The notes under the pieces were generated by a model. That model was not told the DNA's origin. It ran no database searches and worked only from the letters and a program-made list of their open reading frames with translations. From positions 47,802,001 through 47,866,000 of the forward strand of contig OZ360231.1 in NCBI GenBank assembly GCA_977017645.1: DNA of 64,000 bases. The letters are read 5' to 3'. The position numbers and the translations under genes are program-made. Below, piece by piece: positions 14,061-27,329 of the stretch (the first letter of the stretch is position 1; the number at the start of each line of letters is the position of its first letter). The stretch comes from Torpedo marmorata. Its lineage: Eukaryota.

Positions 14061-14689
14061 TGACAAAGAAGAACTTACTGTACATAAAAAGGCAGATGTT
14101 GTTTGGATTCTTACAGACATGCGGAAGCAATAGAAACCTTTCCACATCAGAAATCAAAGAAATACAAGAACCGGTCCACATCTACACTAAGTAGGCTTAC
14201 ACTTTTAGCATCCACAAGGACAGACGAGGACGTTGAAGATAATAAAATGCATCTGTAAAGCTCAACTTAAGTAAACCATTAGTTATTAATATAAATTACA
14301 ACTATACCTTGCACTAAGAAATACACATCCCTGATTATGCTTACCTCACATGTCTGATTGAATATTAAATCCTGAAAAATAATGAACATTTTCGCTGTAA
14401 CTTTTTTTTATTCACTGTAAAAGTGAATGTATAGTGAAGATCTGGAAATGAAATCGAAGGAGACCAGCAAAGTCATTCTGTGTACTACACACAACGTAAA
14501 AAGAAATCTTGCTGGGTGAAGTAAGATTAACATACATTTGCTGATATCAGAAGGTCCAACAAAATCATCCTCTAAACAAACTTTCATCATACTGCCCTAA
14601 AATGCCTTACCTATACACAAATATCTCAACCTTAAATTTTAAATAGAGTGGAACAGCATTTCTTCCTGCTCTCTGGTTCAAAAATGACT

Positions 14690-15330
14690 TGCTTCCACTC
14701 AGGTTTTATCAGTTCCAAGTTGACAAAGGAACATTACCTTTTCCAGTTTTGAGGATGGAAATATTCGATGGGACATGCAAGTGCACAGTTTGTGTATTGA
14801 CATGCTCCTTCAGCCGTGGAGACAGGTTTTCTGTGTACAGTGCTACCATTTCATGGAGTCAAGGTTTTATCGGTTCAACGCCATTTTGAGTGGCCAGAGA
14901 TTGCCAAGAGTTAGTGAGGATGTTGCACCTCTTAAAGGAGGCTTTGAACATATCCTTGCCAACCTGATCATATCTTTCCATGATGAAGCCCAGAATCACG
15001 TCTGTTTCAAGAGTTTGGAGTTGGGCGTGCGCGCGACATGTCCAATCCAACAAAGTCAACTGAGTGTAACGCGGGCCTCAGTGCTGGGGAATGACATAGA
15101 GTAGGATATCAATGTTGGTCGTGAAACACAAAAGTCTGCAGATGCTGTGATTGTAGTAAAAACACAGAAATGCTGGAGGAAGGGCTCTGGCCCGAAACAT
15201 CAGTAAAATATTTGTACCTCCTATGGACGCTGTGAGACCTCCTTTCTGTGTTTTTACATCAATATTGGTCATCTTAGCCTTCTAATGAATGCCAAGGGTT
15301 TTGCAGAGACAGCATTTATTTCAGTGCCAA
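14690..15330 (-). mobile_element. Old RTE-clade LINE 3' remnant
   Basis: KDMFKASFKRCNILTNSWQSLA resembles RTE C-termini (KDxLKASLKxCxI...WExLA). Confidence 0.55.
15121..15257. mobile_element. Mini Penelope insertion of two head-to-head tails
   Basis: Flanked by ATCAATGTTGGTC (15108-15120) and ATCAATATTGGTC (15258-15270). An antisense tail is joined to a sense tail containing GAAGGGCTCTGGCCCGAAAC. Confidence 0.75.
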
Positions 15331-16729
15331 GAGATCTCTGCTGGAAGTAGTCCAAGCCTGCGGCATTCACAGAGCTCTCAAGACCCAGGTTCAATCCTGA
15401 CCTCAGTAGCTATATAGATTGCACTTTCTCCCTTGCATTTTCATCAGGTGCCCTGGCTTTTCCCCAAAATCCCAAAGGTGTGTTAAATGACTACTCTAAC
15501 TTGCCCCTTGGTGTAGATTAATGGTAAATAAATTAAAGTAATATTGGGAATATGGGAGAGGATAGGTGACAATGCAACAGGGAAAATAAGGAGGGGGATT
15601 AGAATGGATGGAATTGCTCATTTGGGAGATGGAATAAGTCAAATAGGCCAAATGGCCTCCTTCTGAATCACTATAATTAACACAATGTTTAAAGAATGCA
15701 TCTCAACAGTGACCAAGGTCATCCTTCAGCAGGGCAGTTGCTTCATCAAAGCCAGAGGTGATTGGTGGCTGCCTCCTCCTCACAACAACTCTGGCTCAAT
15801 GCCCTTCTAGCACCTACCATTACTGTGACATCACAGCCATTTAGTCTGGGCAATGACTTCAACAGCACCATCGATATGGCTGCTGGACACTATATCCCAA
15901 CTCTTGATTGAAATGGTAAAGACTCCAAACTGCAACATCTTCAGCAACACTGCAGATGGAGCACCACAGTAAGACACCTGGGCAGGTCAGCCTGGTCTAG
16001 GATGGACATCGTCTCTCAAACACTCAAGGTCCAATGCACCAACATAACACTCGTGTCCTTCCCTGACAACTGCCTCCAGCTGACTGATGTTAGCTACAGG
16101 AAGGTGCGAAGGATGGGAAGGGTTATTGAAGCTGAACATAAAACTGCTGATGTCAGAAAATATAGAGGTGCTCAAAGGGAACTTTCCAGGTTGAAGAACC
16201 TGAAAACCAATCTTTGACTGACCATTGGTCCACAGATTGAGAAGTGTGCACAACCAGTTTAAATGGCCCTTGGAGGCCAGGAATTTCAGCAAAACCAAGC
16301 CAATGTTCTTCGACAATGAGTTAAAATGATTCTTCATTCCGTTTGGCATCACATCCGATCCCATGAGGTACTGGGAATATGGTCCAGAGGAGTGGGGACA
16401 CATGCCAGGAATTCTGTGCCATCAACGTCTGGCCAAGGTGAAGAAGCAACTGGGATCGTGGGAGCGGCATTTTCAACTGCGGGAAAAATCCAGGTCAATA
16501 GGTGCAAGGTGCTTTCCTTGTTCGAAGAGCTGCTACAGGTGTGCCCACACATGACTCATGCACTATGCAGCATATATCGAGCCCTGCCATGCAACAGTCA
16601 CCCGTTATCGTATATATTCGTGTAATTGTAGTTTTTTGGACCAATTTTTCAGGTCAAATTTGGGGGGTTGACTTTTACACGGGTCATACTTTTGACCGCG
16701 GTAAGTACCTGCGTCATACAACGCGTCAG

Positions 16730-17005
16730 GAGCTCGGATGGCCAGGACCGGGTGGTGAGTCCACGTTCGAAGCATCAGAAGCTCAGATGGGTGGGCAGCC
16801 GGGGCCTAGGAGAGAGTCTGTGGCCAGGGTGTCGGGAGTTCGGATGGGCAGGCGGCCAGGCCCAAGGAGAGAGTCTGTGGCCGGAGCGTCGGGAGCTCGT
16901 ATGGGCAGGTGGCCAGGGCCTAGGAGAGAGTTTGTGGCTGGGGCGTTGGGCGCTCGGATGGACGGGCGACCGGGGCAAGGGTACACGGTCAGAGCATCGG
17001 GAGCT
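16730..17005. repeat. ~57-bp GC-rich minisatellite (~4 copies) next to a pogo-like fragment (16605-16710)
   Basis: Unit approx. GCTCGGATGGGCAGGCGGCCAGGCCCAAGGAGAGAGTCTGTGGCCGGAGCGTCGGGA, giving 19-aa periodicity in the ORF track. Confidence 0.8.
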
Positions 17006-17724
17006 GTAATCAATATTCTTACTTTTATTTGCACTAATTGTGAAATTGGTGATCTTCAGCACACTTCCTTAAAATCTGCTTCTAAGATTTCATTCCTCCC
17101 AGGTGTACCTTCCAGCTTTGTTATAACATTAACTGCAAAAATCAGACTGCCAGAAGTCGTGAAACCCCTCTTAAACCTTCAAGTCAAAAAGGTGAAAAAT
17201 AGTTCACTGATGTGCCCATTATGATATAGCTACACTGGTATTCCACTTACTGGCACCAATATGACTAATCAGTTCCTATTGCATTAACACATGGATTTAT
17301 TTAGACTGTGGGTTACTGGGGTAAATATATTTTGAACCTGGACCAAAAGGCCGCACAACTAAATGTTTCTTGACAATATGAATATTTTCTGTGAATATTG
17401 CATGTTCATGTTGACCCCTTAAGAAGTATTGCACTGATACAGTTTGTTTTTTAAACTTTGATGCCTTGATTTGAAGAACAAAGCTTTTCAGATATTTGAA
17501 GTTATCACCAATCCAAGTGTAACTAAACAAGATTCACATTTTTGTACAGAAAATCCACCTGTTTAATGTATCCTCGGGTAGTTCAATAGGACTACATTGT
17601 GGTAGTGGTGGGATGTGGATCATTCCAAAAAGTTCCACTCTCGTTCCATTAGTTCTTGCTTTCAAGATATGTACAGATGCCAAGTGGTCCTCCATGGTAT
17701 GGAATGGAAAATGTTAATTGAAAA

Positions 17725-18970
17725 ATCAATAAACTGAAGATGCTGGAAAACTGAAATGAAAGCATTAAGTTGGTCAGGAAGTATCTGTGGAAGGAGAAAC
17801 AGTTAAATCCGCCAGGTCAAAATCCCTTCATCTGAACTAGAAAAGTGAGAAAACAAGTTAGATTGCAGAGAGGGAAGTGACAAAGGGTAAGGCAAGATTT
17901 GCTAACGTGATCTTACTTTTTACTGAGATGCATGGTCAAAAGATTGATGAGGGCAGTTAGGGAAAGTAAAACACAGAAAAAATGATAAAAGTTGTAAAAT
18001 GCAGTTAGGGTTATCAATGAAATCTGAAACTGGAAGGAGAATGCTAGAAATATCTAGCAGATCTGTGTCTGTGGAAAGGGAAAGACCGAGTTATATTACA
18101 GATGGATGAGCTCACAGCAGAACTGGTCAGTACTACTAACAAAATAATTCCCAGACTGAAGATGAATTGCTGTTCCTCAAGCTTACATTGGCCTTTGTTC
18201 AAATAATGGAGAGGGCCTCAGACAGATAGATCAGAGTGGGAGTGGAATGGAGAATTCATGTGGCAGGCAACGGGAAGCTCAGGGACACCCCTGTGGACTG
18301 AAAGAGGTGTTCCACAAAGCAGTCACTCAATGCATTTGGATTCCGTGATGCAGAATAGACCATATCATGAGCAGCGCATGCAATGCACTGGATTGGAAGA
18401 AGTGCAAGTAAATCACGACTTTACCTGGAAAGTCTGTGTTTGGGTCCCTGGAAGGGATGAGGTAAAAGAGCTGGTGCAACTTCATGTGTGTTTGCATGGG
18501 AAATTGCTGTGAGTTTTGGTGGAAATGGAAAAAGAGACCAGGAAGTCAAGAAGGGAACTGTCTCTCAGGAATCTGAGAGAAGATATGTTGTGGAGGAATC
18601 TCATTGAAGTTGACGGAAATTACAAAGGATGATGCAGTGAACGCTGGTGGGATGGAATGTGAGGACCAGGGGATTTCTCTCCTTGCTCCGTCCAGGTGAA
18701 GAAAGGGCAAGAGCAGAGATCCAGAAGAGCCACAATTGAGGGCTCTGTCAACTATGATAAAGTTGAAACAAGAGTGAAAGAATAAAGAGATCACAGGAGC
18801 ACCTTTATAGAAAGACTCATCATCAGAGTCGATATGACAGAGATGAAGGATTAGGGAGAATGAACTGAAATCTTTACTGCAAGCAAGGTGGGAGGAAGTA
18901 GTTGGGGTAGTTATGGGAGTCTATGGGCTTGAAGTGGATACCTCCAGAGACAGACAGAAACCCAGAAAGA
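17725..18970 (-). mobile_element. Highly decayed older Penelope-like element
   Basis: Tail-like AGATGCTGGAAA...CCCTTCATC, plus degenerate endonuclease and RT segments collinear with younger copies. Confidence 0.6.
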
Positions 18971-19459
18971 GGTGCTGTGAAAAGAGCAGAGCGTCCTCAA
19001 GGCTGGCATTCATGGAATATGAACAATTGCATTATATTCAATATTTAGTTTATGCTGTTTTTTGTCATTGATTTCCTCACAGCAGGTACTATTGCCAGCC
19101 GAATAGGCAAATGTGCTATTCCCAGGATTCTGTCCATTTCTGTGACTGAGGGCTGTTACATGACCTTCATACTGAATTTCTTATCATCTTCATAGATTGA
19201 TGTTCATTGGTATAACAGAGGCACTACATGGGGTACCTTCTCCTGCTTGCAAGTCCTATACCAGGAAAACTGCAGCGGAACAACAAAATACTGAGGAGAT
19301 ACACAAGGCAAGAGATGTTGGAATCTGGATCAAAAACAAAATTAGCTGGAGGAATTCAACGGATTGAGCAGCATCCGCAGGGGAAAGGGAATCGTCAACA
19401 TTTCTGGTCGAAACCCTTCATCAAAAATGAAGGGTTTACATAATAGAAAAAAAAAACAC

Positions 19460-21340
19460 ACATGTGACAGATTGGGAAGCATTGATGTTCAAAAGGTCCT
19501 AGGTCTGCCTGTACATAGGTTGCTGAAGGCTAATATGCAGGTGCAACAAGAGAAGAAGAGAGCAAATGATGTTTGCTATTATTATGAGAGGATCATAAGT
19601 AAGGAAGTCTCTTTGAAATTGTATAGATTCTTGCTGAGACCACACCCGGAGAACTACACACAGTTTTCTTCTCCTTACTCAAAAAGGGTGTACTTGCCAT
19701 AGAGGGGATTTGGTGTGGAGATTCACTTGACTGTTCCCGGGATGGAACTGTATTCTTTAGAGCAGCAATTCTCAACCTTTTTTTGGCTATGGCCCCCTTT
19801 GGACTCTGCTCAAAGTTTATGGGCCCCCTTCCCTATGAAGCAGTCAAATTTAGTTGGTTTCTTCCATACTACTCTCCTACTAAATACATAAAAAATCATT
19901 AAAAAATTAATGTTACAAGAGGTGAAAAGAAAATAAGGATTTTACTTAAATGTTCTGTGGCCCCCAGGGAGGGGCTTAGGGCCCCCGTTGAGAATGGCTG
20001 CTCTACTCTATTCCTTGTGGTTCCTCAGCCTCTCCCTCCTAAAAATCAACAATTAGCGCCTTGGTCTTTGTGACAGTGAGAGAAAGATTGGTATTCTGGC
20101 ACCACCCAGCCAGAATCCTGTTTGCTGACTTACCATTTTCAGTTTTCGGCCAACAATGGTGGTGTCATCAGTGAATTTGTAGATTGATGTGGACCTGAAC
20201 TTTGATTCGCAGTCATGGGTGTACAAGGAATAGAGTCAGTGTGGAGGTGAATGGTATGGCCCCGTTGAGAATGGCTGCTTTAGAGTTTAGAAGAATGAGA
20301 GGGGATGTCACTAAAACAGACACATTTCTTAAAGAGCTTCTTAAAGCCTGGGATTGTCCAGTGAGGCTGCATGGGTGGAAATAAGAAGGGGGTGATCACT
20401 TTGTTCAGATTGTCCTACAGATCTCGCAATGGTCAGTGGGAATTCGAGAATGAAATATATACAGAGATCACAGATAGCTGCAAGAATAATAGGGTTGTAA
20501 TGGTAACTTTTCAAATATCAACTGGGACTAGAGTAGTACTAGGGGCTTGGATGGGGTGGAATTTGTTAAGTGTGTTCAGGAAAGTTTTGTCGAGCAATGT
20601 GTAAATAGCCAACTAGTGAGGGGCAACGGTTGACCTCCTCTTGGGAAATGAGGCTGGACAAATGATTAAAATGTCAGTGGGGGAGCACTTTGGGACTAGT
20701 GACCATAATTATATTAGTTTTTAAATAGTTATGGAAAACGATAGGACTGGTCCACAAAATCAAGTACTTGGGGAAAAGCCAGTTTTGTTAGTGTAGACAG
20801 GAACTTGCAAAGGTTGATTGGAAGAGGCTGCTTGCAGCTAAAATGATATCTGACAAGGGGGAGCATTCAATAGAGATATAGGAAGAGGTTAGGGGCAAGA
20901 TGTTCCTGTTCGAGTGAAGGGCAAGGCCAGAAAGAGGTGCTGGAAGGCTGCAGGATGGCTCGTGTTGTGTCTTTATTCAAGAAGGGCTGTAAGAAAAAGC
21001 TAAGGAACGACAGTTAACGTCAGTGATGGAGAGGTTACTGGAGGAGATTCTGAGAGACAGAATCTTCCAGCATTTGGAAAGGCAAGGATTGATTAGGGAG
21101 AGTCAGCATGGCTTTGTTGCAGGGAAATTATGCATCAGAATTTGATGGATTTTTTTCCCAAGAGGTGGCCAAGAAGATTGATGAGGACAAGACAATTGTC
21201 TTTGTCTGCACGGATTTTAGCAAGGCCTTTGACAAGGTACCACATGGCAGGCTGCTTCAGAAGGTTAGATCACATAACACCCAGGATAAGATCGGCAATG
21301 AAGACAAAATTAGTTTGGCAGTAAAACTCCAGAGGGTGTG
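19460..21340 (+). mobile_element. Decayed CR1 LINE fragments
   Basis: LYRFLLRPHPENYTQFSSP and DFSKAFDKVPHGRLLQKV. Interrupted by the hAT composite at 19763. Confidence 0.75.
19763..20277. mobile_element. Composite hAT MITE carrying a captured Rex1 fragment
   Basis: 8-bp TSD CTTTAGAG (19755-19762, 20278-20285). Left TIR CAGCAATTCTCAAC and two right TIRs GTTGAGAATGGCTG ending at 20000 and 20277. Confidence 0.85.
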
Positions 21341-21433
21341 GAAGAAAGTTCATGCAGAAAGGGTGACACCAACTCTAACATAGTTGGCCAACAGCCCATT
21401 TTAATACAGTGCCTGGACCTGACTATTTGTGAT

Positions 21434-22696
21434 AAAATCACAGAAATGCTGGAGGAACTCAGCTGGTCTCGCAGCGTCCATAGGAGGTAAAGATATATTA
21501 CCGACGTTTCGAGCCTGAGCCCTCCTTCGAGGAATAAGCAAACAACAGGAAGGCATCAGAATATAGACCAGGCTGGCTGGGGGAAGAGTCCAGGCCAACA
21601 AAAAAAAAAAAAGAGGAGAGGTGAGGATTGATTTTGGCTCTGTGAAAGGAGACAGAGGGAAAAGGGAAAAGAAAAGAGAGAGAGAGAGAGAGAGATGGAT
21701 GGGGGAAAGGCAACAGGGAAGAAGGGGGGTTTTACGGAAGCCAGAGAAGTCGATGTTAATGCCATCCAGTTGAAGGGTGCCCAGATAGAAGATGAGGTGA
21801 TGTTCCTCCAATTTGTGGGTAGTCTCAGTCTGGCAGTGCATGAGACTATGGACAGACATGTCAGCAAGCGAATGGGATGGGGAATTGAAATGGGTGGCCA
21901 CTGGGAGATCCACGCTGTTGCGGTGGACAAAGCCGAGGTGTTCAACAAAGCAATCTCTCAGTCTGTGCCCAGTCCCTCCGACGTAGAGGAGACCACAACA
22001 AGAACACCTGATGCAGTAGATGACCCCCGCAGATTCACAAGTGAAATGTTGCTTCACTTGGAAGTACTGTTTGCTGCCCCGAATGGTGGTGAGGGAGGAC
22101 GTGTGGGCGCAAGTGGAGCATCTCCTGCAGTCACGGGATAGGTGCCAAGTGGACGATTGGTGAGGAGAGAGGAGTGGACGAGGGAGTCACGGAGGGAGCG
22201 GTCCCTGTGGAAGGCAGAGAGGGGAGGAGAGGGGAATATGTGTCCAGTGGTGGTTGGCGGAAATAGCAGAGGAGAGGATGTGCTGGGTGAGGAGGCTGGT
22301 GGGATGGTAAGTGAGGACAAGGGAAATCCTGTCCTTGTTGCATGTGGGGTGGAGGCGTCCAGGGCAGATGTACGAGTAATGGAGGATATGCGGGAGAGGG
22401 CCGAGTTGATGGTGGTAGAGGAAAAGCAACATTGTTTAACGGAGGAGGACATCTCTAATGATCTGGCATGGAAGTCCTCTTCCTGGGAGCAGATGCGGCA
22501 GAGACAGAGGAATTGAGGGAATGGAATGAATCCTTATAGGGGACAGGGTGGGAAGAGGTGTAGTCGAGGTAGCTGTTGGAGTTGGTGGGATTGTAGAAGT
22601 AGACAAGCTCATCATAGGTGCATGAGGCAGCACCAAAGTAGTTGTTGATGTTGCGGAGGAAGAGTTGAGGGGCCTTGCCTGTGTAGGCTTGTAGAG
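21434..22696 (-). mobile_element. 5'-truncated Penelope-like element
   Basis: ORF 21401-22057 (VIYCIRCSCCGLLYVGGTG) and a 9-bp TSD ATTTGTGAT (21425-21433, 22697-22705). Confidence 0.88.
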
Positions 22697-23894
22697 ATTT
22701 GTGATCACTACTTGTGATCAGCGAGACTTATTATTTTGAATCCAAGTTGTAGCCTTAACTGTCGTCAAGTTCTGTCAAGTGCAGACAATATTCAATATAA
22801 GTAATCAGTAGGAGAGCCTAGTTCAACACAGAAAGGACACAAACAAGTTTACCTCAGTCCTCACCAAGGTTGCAAAGCTCTTCCCCCTGGATTTTGGTGT
22901 ACTTAACATCTGCAGTTTAAAACAAATGTACACAATAAGTGAAAATGGGGTTACTTTCGTAAAGAATTTGAGTACTGGCAAAGGATCTTAAGCTAACGAT
23001 TCAAATGCATTGCTTTACTAAATATCAATACCACCGTCACATTTTCCAAGCCTCCCGCTGCTCGGATGATTAAAATGATCAAGACCTGGTGCAACCCTCC
23101 CACACCAGAAACAAATATATTTTAAAATTAAATTCTTGGCCCAATTAATTTCATTACCCGCTGAACCACACGTGGTGACCCAGCGCCTAACACTGTGGGA
23201 GTTCCATTGTGGGGAGTTCCTATCGCAATTCCCCAATGAGTTTGTATCCTGGTTCTTCACTGACACAAGAGAATGGGCCACATATTTTCTTAACAGAACC
23301 AATGTAGCTTTTCAATGACAGAATGTCATACTTCAGCCGGGCAGAATTATGAGATGGGGTGTAGAAACATGAAGACAGGTGATGTGCCAACTGGCAGACA
23401 TTCGGAATAAGAATTTATTGTCACGAACAAGTCATGAAATTCATTGTTTTGCAGCAGCATCACAGTGCAAACATTTATATAAACCACATTATAAAATAAA
23501 TAAAAATAGTGCAAGATAAAGAAAAAGTCATTTCAATGCACTGCCTTTTGCAGCCACCCCTTCACACTGCTGTACCTGTCCATCTCCACGCCCCAGCCAC
23601 AGTCAGGTGTCACCGCGTCCCGTCCCGTCCTTCCTGCAGTTGCAGCCTCCACTTACTGCGCTGCTCTTGCATTTCTCCTGACAGATGTCCTTCAAATTGC
23701 CCCTCGCAATCCAGCCCATCAAGGTAATGCCCAACAGCACTTTTTCCCGACCTTAAACTTGCACTGACGCTTCACTGCGGGGCAGCGTGACATTAGAAGG
23801 GTCACATGAAGTAAAAATTATCCACCCACCCCCCCTCTCTGTACATCATTGGATGAGGTTCCCGTTGCTCGGAACAACTCAGCTAGGAGGACTC

Positions 23895-25470
23895 CTTCAG
23901 ATTTCAGATCAGATTTCAGATTTATTGTCAGAGTACATACATGACATCACATACAACATTGAGATTCTTTTTCCTGCGAGTGAGGCAGAATTACCACTTA
24001 TTGGCAGTGCAAAAATATAATGTAATATAAAATAACTGTACACAATCTACACGTGTAAACAAATTAAGAAATGTAAACAAACTGTGCAATACAGAGAGGA
24101 AAAAAACAATAAAATGCAAAAGTAAGAGTCCTTAAATGAGTCCCTGATTGAGTTTGTTGTTGAGGAGTCTGATGGTGGAGGGGTAGCAGCTATTCCTGAA
24201 CCTGGTGGTGTGAGTCTTGTGGCACCTATACCTCTTTCCTGATGGTGGCAGTGAGAACAAAGCGTGTGCTGGGTGGTGTGGATCCTTGATGATTCCTGCT
24301 GCTCTCCAACGGCAGCGTTCCCTGTAGATGTTCTCAATGGTGGGGAGGGTTTTTCCTGTGATGTCCTGGGCTGTGTCCACTACCTTTTGCAGGACTTTAC
24401 GCTCAGGGGTATTGGTGTCCCCATAACAGACCGTGATGCAGCCGGTCAGCACACTTTCCACCAGACCTCTGTAGAAATTTGCCAGGGTTTCTGGTGTAAT
24501 TTCCAAACCTCCGCAAACTTCTGAGGAAGTAGAGGTGCTGACGTGCTTTCTTCACGATGCCATTAGTGTGTTGGGTCCAGGAAAGATCCTCCGAGATAGT
24601 GACTCCCAAGAACTTAAATTTGCTCACCCTCTCCACGACTGATCCCCCAATGATCCCTTGATCGTATACCTCTGGTTTTCCCTTCCTGAAGTCAACAGTC
24701 AGTTCCTTGGTTTTGGTGACATTGAGTGTGAGGTTGTTGTTGATGCACCATTCAGCCAAGTTTTCAGTCTCCCTCCTGTATGCTGACTCATCGCCCCTTT
24801 TTTTTTACAACCCACTACCTTGGGTTTTTTTACAACCCAGAGTCAGCGAACTTGTAGATGGTATTCTCATACCGAGCCACACAGTCATAGGTGTAAAGTG
24901 AGTAAATCAGGGGCTAAGAACGCACCCCTGTGGTGCTCCGGTACTTTAAATTTTTTTAAATTTAGAGATACAGCGCGGTAACAGGCCATTTCGCCCCTTG
25001 AGCCCGTGCCACCCAATTACACCCAATTAACCTTCAACCCCCCCCCCCGGTGAATTTTGAACAGTGGGAGGAAACTGGAGCCCCTGGGGAAAACCCACAC
25101 AGACGCGGGGAGAACATACAAACTCATTACAGACAGCGCGGGATTTGAACCCTGGTCCTGATCGCTGTCGCTGTCACAGCATTGCGCTAACCGCTACGCT
25201 AACCGTGCCGCCCCTAATGGGGATGTAGATTATGGAGGAGATTGATGGAATTGTGGAGGAGATGTTCTTACCAATCCTCATTGATTGTGGTCTGGAGGTG
25301 AGGAAATCAAGGATCCAATTACACAGTGGGGTGTCGAGTCCCAGGTCTTGGAGTTTGCTGATCAGTTTTGAGGGGATGATGGTGTTAAATGCTGAACTGT
25401 AGTCGATAAAGAGCATCCTGATGTATGCATCTTTGCTGTCCAGGTGTTCCAGGGATTTGTGTAGAGCCAG
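23895..25470 (-). mobile_element. Rex1/Babar-like LINE interrupted by a SINE
   Basis: [13 protein letters not shown] at ~25.4 kb continuing to the C-terminal ORFs 24132-24759, with a (TCTGAAA)n tail. Confidence 0.85.
24950..25212 (-). mobile_element. tRNA-derived V-SINE (HE1-like)
   Basis: A/B-box head, V-core (GTTCTCCCCGCGTCTGTGTGGGTTT...TTTCCTCCCAC) and CR1-like tail. Confidence 0.8.
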
Positions 25471-25859
25471 TTGCTCCTGAGTATTCTTCACCTTCGCGTT
25501 ATTCCCAGCTTGAAATCCCAGCTCCTGAGTGCAAGAATGCAGGTCGACATCTATTTTGTAGTACTTCTGTTTTTGATTCCAAAAAAAATTAATGATGCAA
25601 AATATTATTGCCACCAAAGATTTAATATTCCAAGGTTTAAATTTGCAGATGCCTTGAGTAGATCTCGACAAAATTACTTGATTTTAGAAACAACGTTTAA
25701 TGCTCCACATGGTATCTGAATGCATCAATGAGTTTGCAGTGTTTGTATTTTAAATACAATGGTATGTGAGATAGGGATAGGGGAAATCAGGAAGTCATTG
25801 AGAGAGTGGTCCCAATGGAAAGCAGAAAGTGTTGTGGAGGGGAAGTTGTGACTGTGATG

Positions 25860-26900
25860 TTGTCACATTTCACTTGGTGGAAATTGCAAAGAATAGTGCG
25901 CTGAATGCGTAGGCTGTCCTGAAGTGGAAAGCCTCATCTCAGAGACAGATGCAATGGAGACGGAGAAACTGAGGAAAAGGGATACATCTTTACAAGAGAC
26001 AGAATGGGAGGAGGTGTAGTCCAGGTCGCTGTGGGAGTCAGTGGGTTGCGGGTTTATAGTAAAAGACAATAGATACTTTGTCTCCTGAGATAGAAACAGG
26101 GAGATCCAGAAAGGAGAGAAAGGTATCAGAAATGGTCCAAGTGAATTTGAAGGTTGGGGAGGGGGTGGGGGGGGGGGAGGGAGAGTTGTAGCAAAGTTAA
26201 TAAAATTGACAAGTTCTGCACAGGTACAAGACCAGCACCAATGCAGTCATAGATGAAACAGAGAAAGTGTTGGGGAGTAGAGTCAGAGCAGGTTTAGAAC
26301 AAGTACTGCTCAATCGAGTTGATGAAAAGTCAGGTGTAACTCAGGCCCATGTTAGTGCCCATGGCTACATATTTGTGGAAAGTGAGAGAAATTAAAAGTT
26401 ATTCAGGGTAAGTCCAAGAACTGCCAGGTGCAGGAGAGTGTTAGTAGAGAGGAACTAGTTTGATCTGTGTTCAAGTTAGAAATGGAGGGCCCCAGGATCT
26501 TGCTGATGGGTAACGGGCATGTACAGGGTCTAGACATCCATGGAAAATAGAAGACAGTGGAAGCCAGATGAAGAGCATGCAAAGTGTGCCAGATGTAGTT
26601 AGGAAGGGGCCGGACAAGGGGGAGGATGAGATAGAGTCAATGAGGAGGTAAGTTCAGTGGGGAAAGAGCAGGCAGAAACAATGGGGTTACCTGGGCAGAC
26701 CAGTTTGTAGATTTTGGGTAGGAGATGGAAATGTGCAGTACAGGGTTGACACACTGTCAGGTTAGAGGCTGTGATCTCTTATGATGAGATTTGTAATCAT
26801 ACGGGAGACAGTGACCTGGTTCTTGGTGGGGTCATAATCCAGGAGTAGGTATGATGAGGTGACCAAGAGTTGCAAGGTAGAGGTCAGTCCACATTAGATA
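25860..26900 (-). mobile_element. Old Penelope-like RT remnant
   Basis: PTDSHSDLDYTSSHSVSCKD and degenerate GTNMGP-type motifs. Confidence 0.65.
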
Positions 26901-27329
26901 TCTATCATCAAGATTTAGCACTCTACTGTTTATAAGGCATTGTTTAACCCTTAGAAGTGTTTGTAATAGAAGAATTAAGGCATTTCGTGGAAAAAATATA
27001 TTTCACACACAAAGCTTTTTGGTCACTGATTAGTTGGAACCTTCCTCCCAATATTAATGAAAATCTGAGGTTTGCTTTAAACAATTACCTGGAAACATAT
27101 CAAATAAACAAACTTAATTGCTTTCCAAACATTGACAGTTTAGCTCATACAGCTGTACTACATCTTCATCTTGCTTAAAGATTGGAATGGTTGAATATTT
27201 TGATTTAGTCATACATGCTATCAAGTTCTAATGAATTGCTCTGAGATCAATTATTAATACTTGAGAAATGAATGACAAGTAACCCAACCAAGATGAAGTG
27301 TCCACCTCAATGTTATTGGTTCCAAATGT

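Noticed and set aside
16502-17224. 240-aa repeat protein
   Set aside because: The ORF runs through a 57-bp minisatellite and is open in several frames on both strands.
17559-17695. Minus-strand ORF MEDHLASVHILK... ending at a GT
   Set aside because: Weak donor, no recognisable homology and no in-phase partner exon found.
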